In this document: one piece after another, positions 33,574-49,510 of the stretch
Layout of the letters: every line of letters starts with the position of its first letter
Position numbering within the stretch: the stretch's first letter is position 1
Assembly: GCF_036321535.1 (NCBI RefSeq)
Contig: NC_087449.1
Coordinates: 70,432,001 to 70,496,000, forward strand
Direction of reading: 5' to 3'
Length of the DNA stretch: 64,000 bases
Source of the DNA: Camelus dromedarius
Taxonomy: Eukaryota
Translations under genes and position numbers: made by a program
Notes under the pieces: model-generated
The model's input: the letters and a program-made list of their open reading frames with translations, nothing else
What the model was told of the DNA's origin: nothing
The model's database searches: none

Positions 33574-33903
33574 CTAAAGAAAGAAAGTTCTGGCGTCAGG
33601 CCCGAGCAGCGGAGCTCAGGAAGCAGCCAGACCCCACAAACGGGCACAGCCCCTGCTCGTCCAGGACAAACACTGCGGCGTCTTCACGCGTCTAAGCTTA
33701 AGGCTGAAGATTGACATCAAGAAGACTCGAAACTTCTGCTTTTGTAAGTTTATGAAGGAAGCATAACCCCAGTCACGGGCGACCAACGACCTTGCCTGAA
33801 CGTGCAGACGCAGCCCAAGCCGCCGGGCTCTGCTCAGCTCTGGCGCGGGCCCCTGACCACCCACCTGTGGCCTGCCCGGCCCTCCAGGCTCTGAGACACT
33901 CAC

Positions 33904-33955
33904 GGTCGCTCGCTTCCTGAGAAAGGCGTCTGCTTCATCCACGAAGAGCAGGAGG
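33904..33955 (-). CDS. ATAD3A: ATAD3A exon 12 (Walker B)
   Basis: LLLFVDEADAFLRKRAT. Confidence 0.96.
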
Positions 33956-34236
33956 CTGAGAAGGGGACGAGGCCTCATGAGGAGGTGGTGTTGCCCAGCA
34001 CAGGTACCACCCTGAAACCCCAAACCACACGCGGCCCTCGCCAGCCTGCAGGATCTGGACCTCGGCTACAGATAGGGGCTGCCAAATGCCAGCGTCGTGA
34101 GAAAGGAACTAAAGACAGGCAGGTGGCCCCTGGTCTAAAACGTTTTAAAGTCAGAGGCACCAAGAGGCTCCCGTACCTCGCGGACAGGCTGCGGGGAAAG
34201 TCACTGACCCCCGTTCCCAGGAGGCGCCTGGCTCAC

Positions 34237-34361
34237 CCTCGCCGGCTGGTGTTGGCCCAGTCGAAGACCTTGTGCATGGCAGTCACACCATCCCGCCCCA
34301 TGGGGGCCACGTCCCCACCGCTCATGACGGCGTAGTCCATGCCCGAGTGCAGCGCAAGTTT
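34237..34361 (-). CDS. ATAD3A: ATAD3A exon 11
   Basis: [41 protein letters not shown](G). Confidence 0.96.
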
Positions 34362-34409
34362 CTGGCGAGAAGGGTGGGCAGGGGAAGGCAGTGTTTCACC
34401 CCCACTTTA

Positions 34410-34951
<542 letters not shown>

Positions 34952-35465
34952 CTGCGGGTGGGGAGCACCAGGGTCAACTGCAGAGCCGCCAGGTGCAGGG
35001 TCGCACCCCAGGACCTGCACGACCAGCCCCAGGGAGAAGGCCGGCAGGTGAGACGTCGGCGGGGCTGGGCTGCGAGGCTCACAGGCTCCTTACTCGTCTT
35101 CATCCGTCGCCCGCAGCACAGCCTGTGCGGCCACAGCCCCCATGACCCTGGGGAAGGCAGCACACCGGGCTGCTTCCAGCAGCTGCTCTCATAGGAGGAC
35201 AGCTTGCTGGAGCCCCGAAAGTTTGTGAACAACCCTAAGCCAACCCAGGGGGACCAGAGAGGGACCAAGTGGACTGGGGTGAGGGCCCCCAGTGCTGATG
35301 CGACAGGGCCCAAGGGACGGCACTGAGGAAGAGCCAAACGCAAATCAACATGTAGGAAGAGACGGCAGCGTGCTGGCGTAAAGGGGGAGGAGGACCTATG
35401 TGCTCTCTGGCTGTAGGACCGCAAGGAACCGGGCAGGCGCGCAGCTCCAGGAGGCCTGCGGTTAC

Positions 35466-35621
35466 CTGCACGGGATGCCTCAGCGCCTCCAGCACCGTGA
35501 TACGGGAGGTTTCCCGCACCAGGGACGGCTTCCCCAGCCGGGCCTCGAAGTACCGCCCAGCGACAGACGTGGCGTTCTTGGCAGAATAGACCCCGACAGC
35601 CAACAGCGTCAGCCCAGCCAC
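35466..35621 (-). CDS. ATAD3A: ATAD3A exon 8 (transmembrane region)
   Basis: [52 protein letters not shown]. Confidence 0.96.
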
Positions 35622-36088
35622 CTGGAGCAGGACAGAGGAGGCAGTGATGCCCACCACATCCCCTGCCCAGTGGAAGGCCTGCAACCCCGAATTCCACACC
35701 CAGCTGGCACTCAGGTACACAGGATACAGAAAGCATTTCCAGGCAGGCGAGGTATCAGAAAGCCTATCATGAACACCCTTTGTTTCTGACAAAACGAGAC
35801 CTACTGGAGAGTGCGCTCCAGCAGGACGAGTGGAGCTCCAGCCACAAAGAGCAGAGGGACCCCTAGGCTGATGGCAAACCAAACACTGTGGGGAGAGCCC
35901 TTGCAGAAGTGAAGAGGGTTTCTGCCCCCACCCCCACTTCCGGAGCCTCTGCCACGTCCCACCAGCAGCTTTCCAGTTACATTTTCCAGCGGGCGGGCAC
36001 CAGCGAGCAGAGGGATGGTAATGAGCAGGTCAGAGTCCCAGCCCAGGCGCCTTTCCGCGTCACGGGGTAAGATGGCAGTGGTATTTAC

Positions 36089-36158
36089 CGTGGCTGTCAC
36101 TTTGTCCCAGTCGGTCACAAAGGCACGGAACCCTTCACCAAACAGGGTGCCAGCCGTC
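36089..36158 (-). CDS. ATAD3A: ATAD3A exon 7
   Basis: [23 protein letters not shown]. Confidence 0.96.
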
Positions 36159-36261
36159 CTGCGGCGGAAGAGCAAGCGGACCTGAGCCTGAGCTGGACAA
36201 AGCGCCAGTGGAGGGGCCAGTGCAGAGGAAGGGGCCGCGGGCGCCCACCAGGCCAGCCTCA

Positions 36262-36579
<318 letters not shown>

Positions 36580-36602
36580 CTAGGGTCCCCGCTGCACCCG
36601 AC

Positions 36603-36672
36603 CTCGTCGCAGGGCCTCCTGCTTCTGCACAGACTCCTCCTGCTTCCGTAAATTCTCCTCATTGAGAACTTG
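36603..36672 (-). CDS. ATAD3A: ATAD3A exon 5
   Basis: [23 protein letters not shown]. Confidence 0.95.
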
Positions 36673-37205
36673 CTGAAGAGAAGCCACAAGGGGAGGGAAA
36701 AGGCTTTAAATTAGGTAAAAGTCAACATCAATCAGTTACCTGCTCTGGCCTCAGATATGTCCTCAGGGACAGTCACTCTGGGGTCTGCACACCCACCCCT
36801 ACTCCGGCAGGCAGGTCTGAACGCAACAGGACAGGTGGGCACCAGAGGGAGGCGTTCAGGAGCCCCCACCCTAGCACAGGGCAGACCCCCAGCTGTTCTC
36901 ACAAAGCGGGCAGTTTGCCTGACGGGTAAGTTTAAAAGCTCAAGTGCCCACGACAGGCACAAACATTTGAATGCCCCCCGTGAGCCTGTCCTGCCCAGGT
37001 TCCAGTCACGTCTCTCCAGGGAGAACCCTCTCAGCAGCCGAGCCTGCTCCACCATGGAGGCCATGCAGCAGGGCGCGCCGGAGCCTGGAGGACTGAATAC
37101 GTGTGCCTCGTGTGCAGCTGCCCAGGACCCAGCAGTTACCACAGGGGGAAAGCACCCAGACTCCAGCCCCCGCCTGCCCTGCATGGGCTGGTGTGCCAAG
37201 CCCAC

Positions 37206-37265
37206 CTGCTGCTTCAGCTGGTCCTCGTACCGCTGCCGGGCCAGCTTGTCCTGGTACTGGGCCCT
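37206..37265 (-). CDS. ATAD3A: ATAD3A exon 4
   Basis: RAQYQDKLARQRYEDQLKQQ. Confidence 0.96.
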
Positions 37266-37286
37266 CTGGGGAGGGAGACGGCGTCA

Positions 37287-37679
<393 letters not shown>

Positions 37680-38205
37680 TCAATAGTCCTCCCCTGAATC
37701 GGGGTCTGAGTCTGAGCGGGGTCTGAGAAGGCCAGACAGGTCTGTGTAGCCCCTGGGCAGGGATGCAGCCTAGACCAGCGCTGCCCAGGCCCACCGGCTC
37801 TCAGCTGCAGCCACACGAGGTTCCCGGGAAGCCGGGCCCACCGACAGAGACGCGCCAGGAAAACAGACGGGCTGCGCCCTGAAGGAGCAAGATGGCTTCC
37901 GGGGCGGCTGTCACTCCCTCCCGGAGACGTTCCACAGTGCCTGCGCTGTGCGCCGACCGGGCAGGGTGGAGCCTAGGCCTTTTCTGCACTTGCTCCGTGC
38001 TCAAAGGGGGCCAGACTTCCCACCCACACCTGCCCTTCCAGGAGGCTCTGGGCAGAACTCTCTGTCCTGCGTCTGTCATCCCCCAGTTCCCTCCCAGAGG
38101 GAGCTAGAAGGGGGCACCCGAGCCCCACCACCACGTCCTCTCTCTGGGGCTCTCCCATGACCTTGGGGACAAGCCCCGTCTGCCAGCAACACACCCGCTA
38201 CCCAC

Positions 38206-38282
38206 CTTGATCTTGGACTGCTGCTCCAGCTGAAGTGTCTGCTCCTGCATCTGCGCCAGACTCAGGGCCTCCTTGGCGTGTC
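38206..38282 (-). CDS. ATAD3A: ATAD3A exon 2
   Basis: (R)HAKEALSLAQMQEQTLQLEQQSKIK; AG/GT boundaries. Confidence 0.96.
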
Positions 38283-40954
38283 CTGCGGGGGGTGGGGGCG
38301 CAGACATCAGGACACCAGGCGAGCAGCACACACGTGGCAAGGGGTGTCCAGGGAGACCACAATCCACCTCAAGCCAAGAGCACACATAGCCATCCTCATT
38401 CCTGTCACACCTGCTCAGTGACCCCTCCCTCCAAGGGCCACTAACCCCATCCAACCACCTACGTCTGCTCTATCCCCAACGGGAAACCCCGCGTGTGAGG
38501 TCTCACCCCCAGGGAACCTTCATATTCCAGAAGGTTCCAAAAGAGGCTGCCCCACGCCCGCTGACAGGAGGAAGGTCAACGTGGTGACTGTTTGCCAATT
38601 AAACAAACGGCAAGCCTGTGGCCACAGTGTCCTTATTTGTCAAGTTCCCACACTTCTCTCCTAAGCCTCTGGTTCCCCCTGCTGATCTGCCGCCAAACAC
38701 GCGGGCGAGGTGAATGAGAAGCAAACGAGGATTAAAGCAGAAGGAAGCCAGAGCGAGCAGGATGACGGCTCCTCACTGGCCGTATTAACACGTGGGTTAT
38801 TAACGGCTTCCAAGTGTTTTCTTCGTGAGGAGAAATTCATGTGCATCGATTGGTGGCTGTTCTGGAAAAAAAACCTGACTCGGTAGTTTTCTTGCTGAAA
38901 AAGCCCTAATCTCAGCCCTAATAGTTCTGTGATGACACAGCCCTCCAGGCGCAACAGTCCACCACAACCTAACACAAAGGAGCGTGGAGAGAAGGCAGGA
39001 ACCCTCATTCCCAGGCTGCTTCCCACCTGGCCCCTCACCGCTCCCCCCACGATCTCACTTTCTGAGGCCTTCAAGGTAAGTGCAGACCCCACACCTGTCG
39101 TCCCTAACCTGTAGCACACACGTCGCTAACTACAGCGTGACCCCTGGGACTAACTGGCTCTAAGCGCTTGGGTGGTCAGCTGGGGCGCGCTGTTTAGCTT
39201 CAGAGCTTGGGGAGGCCCTTCAGGGCCGGTCAGGAGCCAGAGCCGCCACCTCCTGGAGCCTCCGTGAGGCCCTCCCCTGGGTCCCTGGGACCTAAGGTCC
39301 CGCCCCTGAGGAGCAGCAGCAGGAAGGCATCAGGGTCCCGCCTGGTGCACTGGTTGCTTGGGAAGCCAAGGGCTGACTCTGCCCCGGGGGCGGAGGGCGC
39401 AACAGCTCCTGTGCTCATCCTGGTGCAGCAGACAAGTCCCAGCTGCCCTGTTCACTCACAATGTGGCCTTTGGCAAGCCAGGTTCACCCCTGAGTGCCTC
39501 ACCTGCAAAGGGAGTAAGAAGAGTTCTGTCCCCCAACTCAGGGAGAAAGTGGGCAAACCACTCAGCACAGGGCCTGGCCCCCAGGCCCCCAAGAGCCCCA
39601 CTAATCACAGGTCACACTCTCAATGCTGACATACCACCTTGATTCGTCCTGCACCAGGAGACTGCACGCCACAGCATTAAGTGCACCCACCACAGGCAAG
39701 GTGCTCTTTCGGGCATCCTGTACATACATGAGGAGCACAGCCCAAGGCCAAATGTGCTGCTCTGGCCTCCTAGGAGGGCCTGGGAGAGCTGGGGAACCAG
39801 GTAGCATCAGGCTGGGCCCAGGGAACAGGTGGTTACGCTGCAAGGAGCAGCTAAGGACACCCCTGGTTTGCGTGGAGACAGCAGTGAGGTGAATGAGAGC
39901 AGGCGCAAGCTAACCAGGGCTGCGAACTGGGAGCATCTGCCAAAGACACGCCTGCAGGGGGGCTACAGGGCAGAGGGACCTGAGGCACCACGGGAAGGAG
40001 GGTCTGGGGACAGGAAGGGGGGGCAGACCAGAGCGAAACCTCTCCCACTGGTCAGTAGTGAAGCCAGGAAGGACAGCAGAAGAAAAACGAGGTAGAGTCC
40101 AAGTAGAAACGTCACTAGGTGGTGGCAGCTGAGAACTCTGCAGGAGCTGCTTGGGGGCAGAGAGCAGAGGCCAAGGCCCTGGGGACCCTGGTGGAGAATG
40201 TCCTGGGGCAAGAGCTTTGGGGCAGCCAGTGTAAGAGACTTGGGAACAATTTGCAGACACAAGTAGACAGGAAGTAGGAAAGGTCCCTTAGTTGCTACCC
40301 TCGGACACACTCAATGCTATTCACGCTGGCCCATATGACTGCATGCTTTAGGGGGGGCCAAGAGACAGGATTCAGCTTCTAAAAGCAGAAAAACTGAAAT
40401 TCCTGGCACGGTGAATGGGCAAAATCCACACAGCAGCCTAAGAAATTAGGTCATGTGTCAAAAGTCTGTCATCATCTAAAGGGTCCTGAAGCCCAGACTG
40501 CCTCTCAATACAACCTGATGATTGAAACTATCCTGCAAACTTAATACACCTGCTCTGGGGAGGGGAGTGTTCCAGCTAGGTCTATGGAAACAGGCTGTCC
40601 TGGGCCCGGGCCCAAATACCCAAATGTGTTGAATGTCCCTCCCAGAATCTGAGAGTCAAACAGACTCGAGATCTTTGGCCAGGATGTTCTTGTGGCCCCT
40701 GTGGAAGGGCAGGGACTGAGCCACCAAGTGCCAGGCCGGGAAGATTCTTATACCTGCTTGGAAGGCTTCTCTTTGAGAAAAGGGCAACTCTGCTTACAAA
40801 TTTGAGAGCCACTGTGTCCTTTCAACTAATATCTACTCAGTATGTGCTACATTCCAGACCCTTACACAGATGCTACAATCTTGAGGGAAACTGTTAAAGC
40901 CACAGAAGAAATGAAAGTTGGGAGGAAAACCATGGGTTTAATGAAGGCGCAGTC

Positions 40955-41055
40955 GGGGAGGGTATAACTCAGTGGTAGTACAGTGAGTATTTAGCATGCA
41001 CCAGGTTCTAGGTTCAATCCCCCGTACCTCCATCAAAAAATAAGTAAATAAATCT
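40955..41055 (+). mobile_element. tRNA-derived SINE, Vic-1-like, in ATAD3A intron 1
   Basis: GGGGAGGGTATAACTCAGTGGTAG...GGTTCAATCCCC then an A-rich tail; degenerate 15-bp TSD aatgaaggcgcagtc (40940-40954) and aacgatggcacagtc (41056-41070). Confidence 0.88.
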
Positions 41056-41399
41056 AACGATGGCACAGTCACCACTGATGCCTTGAGGGCCTGAGTCAGG
41101 AAGGTCATCAGCTGGGCAAGGGCCAACCTACCTGTTGCTTTACAGACCTCGCCAACCTGAAGGCTAACATTTCCCAGTAATACATGCAAATCTATCTTAC
41201 TTTCCTTAATGCCAACGATCTTCAAACATGCTTCCTTCCTTAAGCGGAAAATTGCTAGCAACCACCATAAACGGACCTGCGACCGGGCCAGCCTCGGCCG
41301 TTCCACGTGGCCCCAGCAAGAGGTGGTAACTGAAGGTCAGTGGGTAGCTCCGCCACCTACCTGTACCTTCTGAGTCCCTCGGCACTGGTTTCCCCACCT

Positions 41400-42620
<1,221 letters not shown>

Positions 42621-45600
42621 GCCCGCAACTGTCAATAGGACGAAGGGCTCTCCCGGGCGTCCAGCTAACCTCAGTGGTCGTGGTTGCATATTCTTTTCTT
42701 TTCTCAAAGTGGGTCATAACAGAGGGACAGATCGCCAACCCCAGGAGTATGGGAAGGCAGAGCCCGCAAGGCCCCACAGAGGACGTCCTCTCTGGAGGAG
42801 AGCTCCACAGGGCTGAGGGGTCCAGGCTCTGGTCACTGACGGGTGAGGCTTCTCCTTGGGAACCTCCAAAGGCTGTGTGCTTGCTTCAGGGACCAAGGTG
42901 CAAGCCAGACCGCCTTAGACAAAGGGAGACAAGGATGAACAGAGGCCAGCGTTGCTCTAGAACTCAGTGTCCAAAGTTAGCAAAGTTCACTTCTTGGGCC
43001 AATATCCCCTGCTATCATTCCCTGATGGAATTTGTTAAGTTCCCAGAATTATACAGAATGAGTTTCTCCATTAGATTGAAAACATTTTTAAACCTGAATA
43101 AAAATAGGAAAAAGATAATTCTAAGATGATTCTGTCTGGGGTTTGTTGTTTGTTTTATTTTGTTTCCAAATGAGAAAAAACAAATGAGTTTTCCAGCCAA
43201 CTGCCCCCCACTGGCCATCATCCAGGTTTTTATGGACTAGTAGAAAACCATACCTCCAACAGCACCCCAGGGGGCTTCACTGGATAAAGAAGAGGAAATG
43301 GGTCAGAGACATGAGGTCCTTGTCCACAGGCCAGCATTTGGCAAGCTTGTGTACTTTTACACTAAAAGTTACAACTTTGAAAATAAAACTCTGCATTTAA
43401 AAGTCAGTCTCACAAAAAAGTCAATTTCATTTAACTTGGCTTAATTTAAAAAACAAAGCGTTGGTTGCTGCTCAAGATTTAGGTGACTGCACTCCCTCCC
43501 TTTGATGGACGTTTCTCCTCTCAGAGTAGCGCCACTCACACTTCCAGTTTCCAACGGACCACGCAAAATGGCCAGTCCACTGGTGTTGGTCACTTTAAAT
43601 CTTAGACTGGAAGCCGCTGGGAAGGACAGACACACCTTTCCCAAAGACAGTGAGTCATTAAGAGGGAATCAGGAAGGTGCTTTCTGCCTGATGCCTTCAT
43701 GTTTAACTGACAAAAGTGGGCTCTCAGCTGCCCATGCTGAGCCGTTTAGGTGACAGGATTCCCCCAACATCCCCCCTCCCTACAGCGCAGTTTTCTCTGA
43801 GGGAGTCCTCCAGCACTGAAGACCTGGAGGGGAGCCGCAGAAGTTAAAGATGCAGGTGGACAGCTTGGCCTCCAGCCTGACCTTAAGCCCAGAGTGGGGG
43901 ACACAGCTGCCCCTCGGAGCCCAGGCCAGCAGCAGCAGAGTGCGCCCCACCCAGGCCGAGTGCAGAGCACTCTGCCCCCAGAGCCTGGGCAGCTGGGGTG
44001 GCTTCTGGGTCCTCTGCATTGGGCCAGACCTCGGGGGAGCTTCACAGTACCCTAGAACTATGACCTTCCAGTCAGGCCCCAGGGCTTCCCAGCACTAAGG
44101 CTGCAGTGACCACCTGCCTCACCTGCCTGGTGTCTCCCAGGGACATCGCATGTGCAGAAGCCTGTCCACTTGGACTGGCAGACCCCTGGCATCCCTCTTC
44201 AGTCTTGCTCTCCTAGACAGGTGGGCCTTTAGGGACTAGTCTGTCTCCTTCACCCAGCTGGGCCCCTCCCACTCCCATTCTCTCCAGGTTCCAAAAGGAC
44301 CTGCTGGTCCCAGTCTCTGGAGCCTCAGCCCACGCACACCCCACACCTGCCCCTACTGGGCAGACCCCAGTCCAGCCAAAAGAAAGGCTGCTCAGCCTGG
44401 CCCTCCAGAGCCTGAGCCCCCAGGGTCCCCATGCTACCCACCAAAGCAGGGTGCCTGCAGCTCTTCCTCCTGGCTCCGGGGGTTAAGAAGCAGTGAGGAG
44501 GGTAGCAGCGCTGAGCGCTCAGGCATGCTGCCTTGGGCTCAGGACTGGATGGTGACCTGGGACTGAGCCTAAGCTCACTGTCCCCACAGCCTTGTCTTCC
44601 TGCATTGTTTGCTTTTGGTAAGCAGTTCCCTGCTCAGATGCCCCAGCCACTGTCCTCTCCTCCAGGGAGCCTCACTCCAGCTCCCCACCAGCTGGACCCA
44701 CAGATCAGCCCAGCATAGCCCAGCCATCCTCAGAGGCACACAGGGTGGGGGGCCTGAGAATAGGCACTCAGCTTCCTGCCCACCCGGCTAAGGACAGGAG
44801 ACGTGCCGTGAGCACTGGCACTCGCTTTAAAGGGCTGAGTTGGGACCTCTGCCTTCTCAGGAGAAAAGCAGGATCAGCTGCATGGTCTGGACAGACCTCG
44901 AGACCAGCAGTCGCTCAAACCCCATGGCCACTAAGGGAGCCCTAGTGTTCTCCCAGAGGGGCTGTAAGTGGCTGCCAGTAGGAGACAGAGCCACCCAGCC
45001 CTGCCTGGGATGCCTTCATGTCCACCAGAGCTGGCCCTGGAGCAGAAGCAGCAGTGGAACAGGAGCCGGCCGGGACCCCAGCCATGCAGAGTCGAGAAGC
45101 TTATGGCTCTCACCCCCTCCCCCAGGCAAAGCTGTGCACCCCACGTGTGGCTCTGGGGTCAGGTGAGCCGTGGCCTCTGCTCCTGTGCACATAGTGTCTG
45201 TGGCTAAGCGGATATAATTTGTCATGGGTGTGTCCACCGCTGCCATTTCTGAGAAGTGAGAAATTAGTGGCAGGTGTTTTAATTCCTAGTGAACATATCA
45301 GTGAAGAGGGGTTGCGCCCACCCCATTTGGCCCCTGCGGGGGAGACCTCAGCCCCCTTCCCGAAAATGGTGCTGGCAGCCACACCTTCCCCTCACTACTG
45401 TGTTGCTGGGCTGTGTCCACCTTGCACCCAAGGCTGGGACCCAAGGGGCAGGGTCTCCCCTGGGCCCGCACCTCACCACCCTCACCTCTAGGGGGAGCTA
45501 TGATTCCCCTTGACGTCATTTTGGAACGGATGTTGGAAGAAAATTTTTCATCCGGGGAAAAAAAGCAGCAGACATACAGCTGTTGCCCTGGGGCTTTAAT

Positions 45601-48600
45601 TTCCCCAAACTGCCCCCTCACCCCCGCAGGAGGCTTCCGGACTCAACTGAGTTTATCACTGTCGCCATGGAAACTGCTCCTGCCCCAGGGAGTAACCAGC
45701 TGTACCACCCCCTTGTGGACGCCCACTTCCTTCCCCGAGACCCGACTCCAGACTTAGCTGCCATCCAGCCTTCTCACAGGCAGCTTGTCCATTACCTGGC
45801 CCTCGCAGCCCCCTGCCATGGTCAGGCAAGCCCTGGGCTGCAGCAAAGGCCCCAAATGGGACAAGTGTGACACGCAGCCTTGGTGGACCCTTGGGTTTCT
45901 CCTCCTACAGCCTGGGACACGGCAGCAATCCTTGTGAGTGTGAGAACCAGGCCGCCCGGCACCACGGGGGGAGCCTCCTTTGGGGTCCTCTGGAAGCAGC
46001 GGGTTCCTCCCCAGCCTGGCCCACTCCTGCCACATGGACCCGGCCCACTACATGGATCAGGACCTCTTGCACAGCCCTTTCTGACTTTCAGGTGCACCGG
46101 GAAGCTCATAGTTGCCTTAAGAAGTGGCTGCAGGGTGCAGCCTCGGCCCCAGACCCACAGTAAACCAAGGAGTCAGGGCCTACGTGTCACGGGAGGTGGA
46201 GGGGAGGGGCAGGAGACCTGGAGACTGTTCCCAGACTGGCCCAGACTCAAAAACCTTTAAAGACTGGGATGAAGCAAAGGGCAACACTTCCAAGGTGAGG
46301 GCTTCCAGAAGAGGCGTTCCTTGGCACGAAGAGGGGAGTGGGGGCTCCTGTCACTGGGCCTCAGCATCCAGCAGAGAGTAGGTGAGCCCAGAGCCTCTTC
46401 CAGGGGGTGGGGTTGTGTGTCTTCCAGCCACTGTGCCCTCTCTTGGGATTGGGGAAGGGGCTCATCACTCAACTTGTCTTCAGAGTGTGACTGAGCCCTT
46501 AAGAATCGACCTGCCAGCATCTCCCGCTTTTCCTCCTGCCACCTGCAGGGTGCTCTGCAAGCTGGGCTTGGGGGCTCAGTGTGGAAGAGGGACTTTTCTG
46601 GGTGGCCAGTGTACTTGGACCTGCAAGCCCCCAAGGGGTTCAGGCTGAGGGACACAGGCTTCTATGGGGGGAGGTCTGCCCCTCGGGGGTGCATCCGGCC
46701 CAGGTCCCAGGCCTGGGGAGGGTTCCCCTTGCTGGGCAGTGCTGCCTGGGACCTGGGACCCTGCTGTTCACACTCGCCAGCAGCTGAGATCATAGGAGTC
46801 TCTGACCCTTAGCTGACTGCTTACTGCTGACCACCGGTCAAGGAGTAAGCAGAAAGCCGCATAGCCACAGGCCGAGGCTTCCCTAGGCCTGCCTCAAGGG
46901 GGTTGGGAGGACATGGATGAGAAACAACATCCACCAGGAGCATCCTCCCAACTCTGGCCTGGCCAGTCACAACCATCGGCCCCCAGGGTTTGATTCACAA
47001 CCTTAGCCCAGCTCCACTGCTCCCTACTCTGCTCACACAGGCAGGGCAGGGGTCCCTGGGCACAGGCTACTCCCACGAATGCCAAGCACACTGAACTAAT
47101 GGGCAGTGCAAGCCCTGGGCACGTAGGCCGGGGGCCTCATGATGCTCAGAGGCAGGTGCTTGGGAAAAGGTGGCAGGCAGCTCCGGGGAACCTGCCTCCA
47201 CACACAGGCCCACCAGGCCCCAGCAGGCAGACTGAGATGCTACCAGGGGCCCCAAGACCAACCCTCTCGATGCTGCAGTTGCTTGGGTGAGGGGCTCTTC
47301 TTCCCATTAGCAAGTGGCAGGGGGAAGCCTCAGTGCAGTTGAGGGTGTGGCTGTGTCAGCAGAGATGGAGGCCATCCTGCAGAGCGGGCTGGCTGCCCCT
47401 GGTTCCAGCAACGCCCGGTCCAAACCACCCAGTCCCAGCACACAAACACGGGGCCCACGCTCTCTGAAGAGGAGGTGCATAGAGAGGCCACAAGTGGCAT
47501 GGTGACCTGAGTCCCAGCACTGGGAGGGGGATGGCTCCCCTCTCCTCTTCCCCAGCACTAGCCTGGGTACCACTGGCCTCCACCCAAGACTTTTTTTTTT
47601 CTTCTTCTTTTTTAACTTGCAACCTTTTACAGGGCTGACATGTTTTGACAAGGAGTAAAACACTCTCAGGATACTTCAGGATTCAGTTTACATCTGATTT
47701 ACTGTTATTTTCGTCTGAGACATTCATAGGGAAGAGGCAAAGTGAGTACTGGGTCAGCCCAGGCAGAGGAGGAGGTGCCTGGCGGGGCTGAGGGAGGGCA
47801 ATGCTGCCGTGTCCAGTGGCCCCAGGATAGTAAGGAGTGACAGGACATGGTGTCAGATGCTGCAGAGAACCGCTGGGGTGAAGCCCCTGGAAGAACATTG
47901 TTTATCGCTACCCCCAGCATGGAAGCTCCCTACCCAGAAGCAGGGAAGGCTCCCTGCCCATGTGGGCCCTGGGGCCTCCACAGGGGGGAGGTCTCCTGTC
48001 TCTAAGGTCCTGAGTGCCAGGCTCCTGTCCCATTCCTCCCAAAAGGTGCCAACTGCATCCCAGTGGGTGTAGCTGGGCCCTGTAGGGTAGTGGGAAGGAA
48101 AGCAGTGCCACTGTCCCCAACAAGCACTGCCCCCAAGCCAGCTGAGGGTCCTAGTGAAGATGACCTGTCCATCCACCGGCTGCTGCCCACGTGATCAACC
48201 CCCAGCACCCCACCCTCCCCCTCCCAGGTCCTGTCCCCCCAGGGAAGCCTTTGGGACTTGGCCAAAGCCAGCTCCTTCCCTTCCCTCATCCACCTTTCAA
48301 CATCCAGGACCCGAGTGGCCATGGACTCAGAGCTGCCATCTAGACCAAGCTCCCTCACACAGATGCTAGCCTTTGTCACTCGAGGGTCTGGCCCTTAACG
48401 CAAGTAGGAGGCTCAGCCACCAGACGCCCTGAGGTCCCAGGCCCAGAGCCAACCCAGGTCTGATTTCAACCGGACCCCAGACTCCTTGTCCAGCTCCCTG
48501 CTAAATCCTGCCCAAAGGACACCACCGACAGCCCAGCTCTGGGCAGGGCAGGGGAAGGAGTTGCGACGGCTCGCGCTGCTGCTAGAGCTGCAGCGGAGGG

Positions 48601-48789
48601 TCAGACAAGGCCACGTCCCGGAGAGCGGACGCCAGAGCAGGGCGCTCTCCTGCCGCGGGGGCCCCGCGGGCCAAAGGCCGGCCAGCATCCCACACCCGGG
48701 GCAAGACCCTGTTTTGGGTGGCGGGCGCCTCTCTAACTGGGCTCGGGAGGAGGGGGCCTTCGGTTGCGCGGGCGCGGCCGGCCCAGAGC

Positions 48790-49127
48790 TCACGGCTCCC
48801 GGCCACCAGCCTCCGGCGCCTGGGGACGCGGGGCGCGGCTGCGCTCGCCATCGGGCGTGCAGGCCTTGGCCGACAGCGCCCTCTCGCGGCCCGAGCGGAA
48901 GGCCGCCGTCACGGTCACCAGGTAGGCGGTGCCGGGCGCCAGGCCCTGCAGCGTGGTGCTGTTCCGGCCCGCGGGCACCTCCACGCGCTGCGCCGCGCCG
49001 CCCAGCAGCGGCCCGACCTGCACGTGGTAGCCGAGCGCGGCGGCCGGACCCAGCGCCGGGGCCCAGCTCACGCGCAGGCTGCGCGGCCTGGCGTGCGAGA
49101 CGACGATGCGCTCCGGTCCGGTCTCCT
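48790..49127 (-). CDS. VWA1: VWA1 exon 4 (second FN3 domain and C-terminus)
   Basis: Acceptor cttctcccgcag; (E)ETGPERIVVSHARPRSLRVSWAPALG...LSAKACTP...GGREP*. Confidence 0.93.
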
Positions 49128-49231
49128 CTGCGGGAGAAGCGCCCGTGAGCGGGGTAGGGCTGCGCCCCCGCCCACCCGCCCCGGCCCAGCACCCCGGCGA
49201 ACCCTAACCCGCCCTTCGCGCCCCGCCTCAC

Positions 49232-49510
49232 CCGGCAGCGTGCGCACTCGCAGGTGCTGTGGCCTCAAGAGCCGCACGTTGGACTCTGGCATCAGCTCCA
49301 CGTTGTATTCCGTGTCGGGGTCGAGGCCGGCCCAGGCCCAGCCCGTCGCGTTCCCTGGCAGCTGCTGGCGGAGCACGGTCCCCTGCTTGGCGCTGGGCAT
49401 CAGCTCCAACACGTAGTAGCCCGAGTCCGGGGTCAGTAGGGGCGGCCAGGCCAGACGGAAGCCGCTAGACGTGACCTCAGAGGCACGGAGCTGCTGCGGC
49501 CACATCGCGT
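49232..49510 (-). CDS. VWA1: VWA1 exon 3 (first FN3 domain)
   Basis: (D)AMWPQQLRASEVTSSGFRLAWPPLLTPDSGYYVLEL...RPQHLRVRTLP; donor GTGAGG. Confidence 0.93.

Noticed and set aside
48393-48404. ccttaacgcaag, a 12-nt match to the SSU72 U12 branch region
   Set aside because: It lies antisense in the VWA1 3' UTR with no U12 donor partner; most likely chance.
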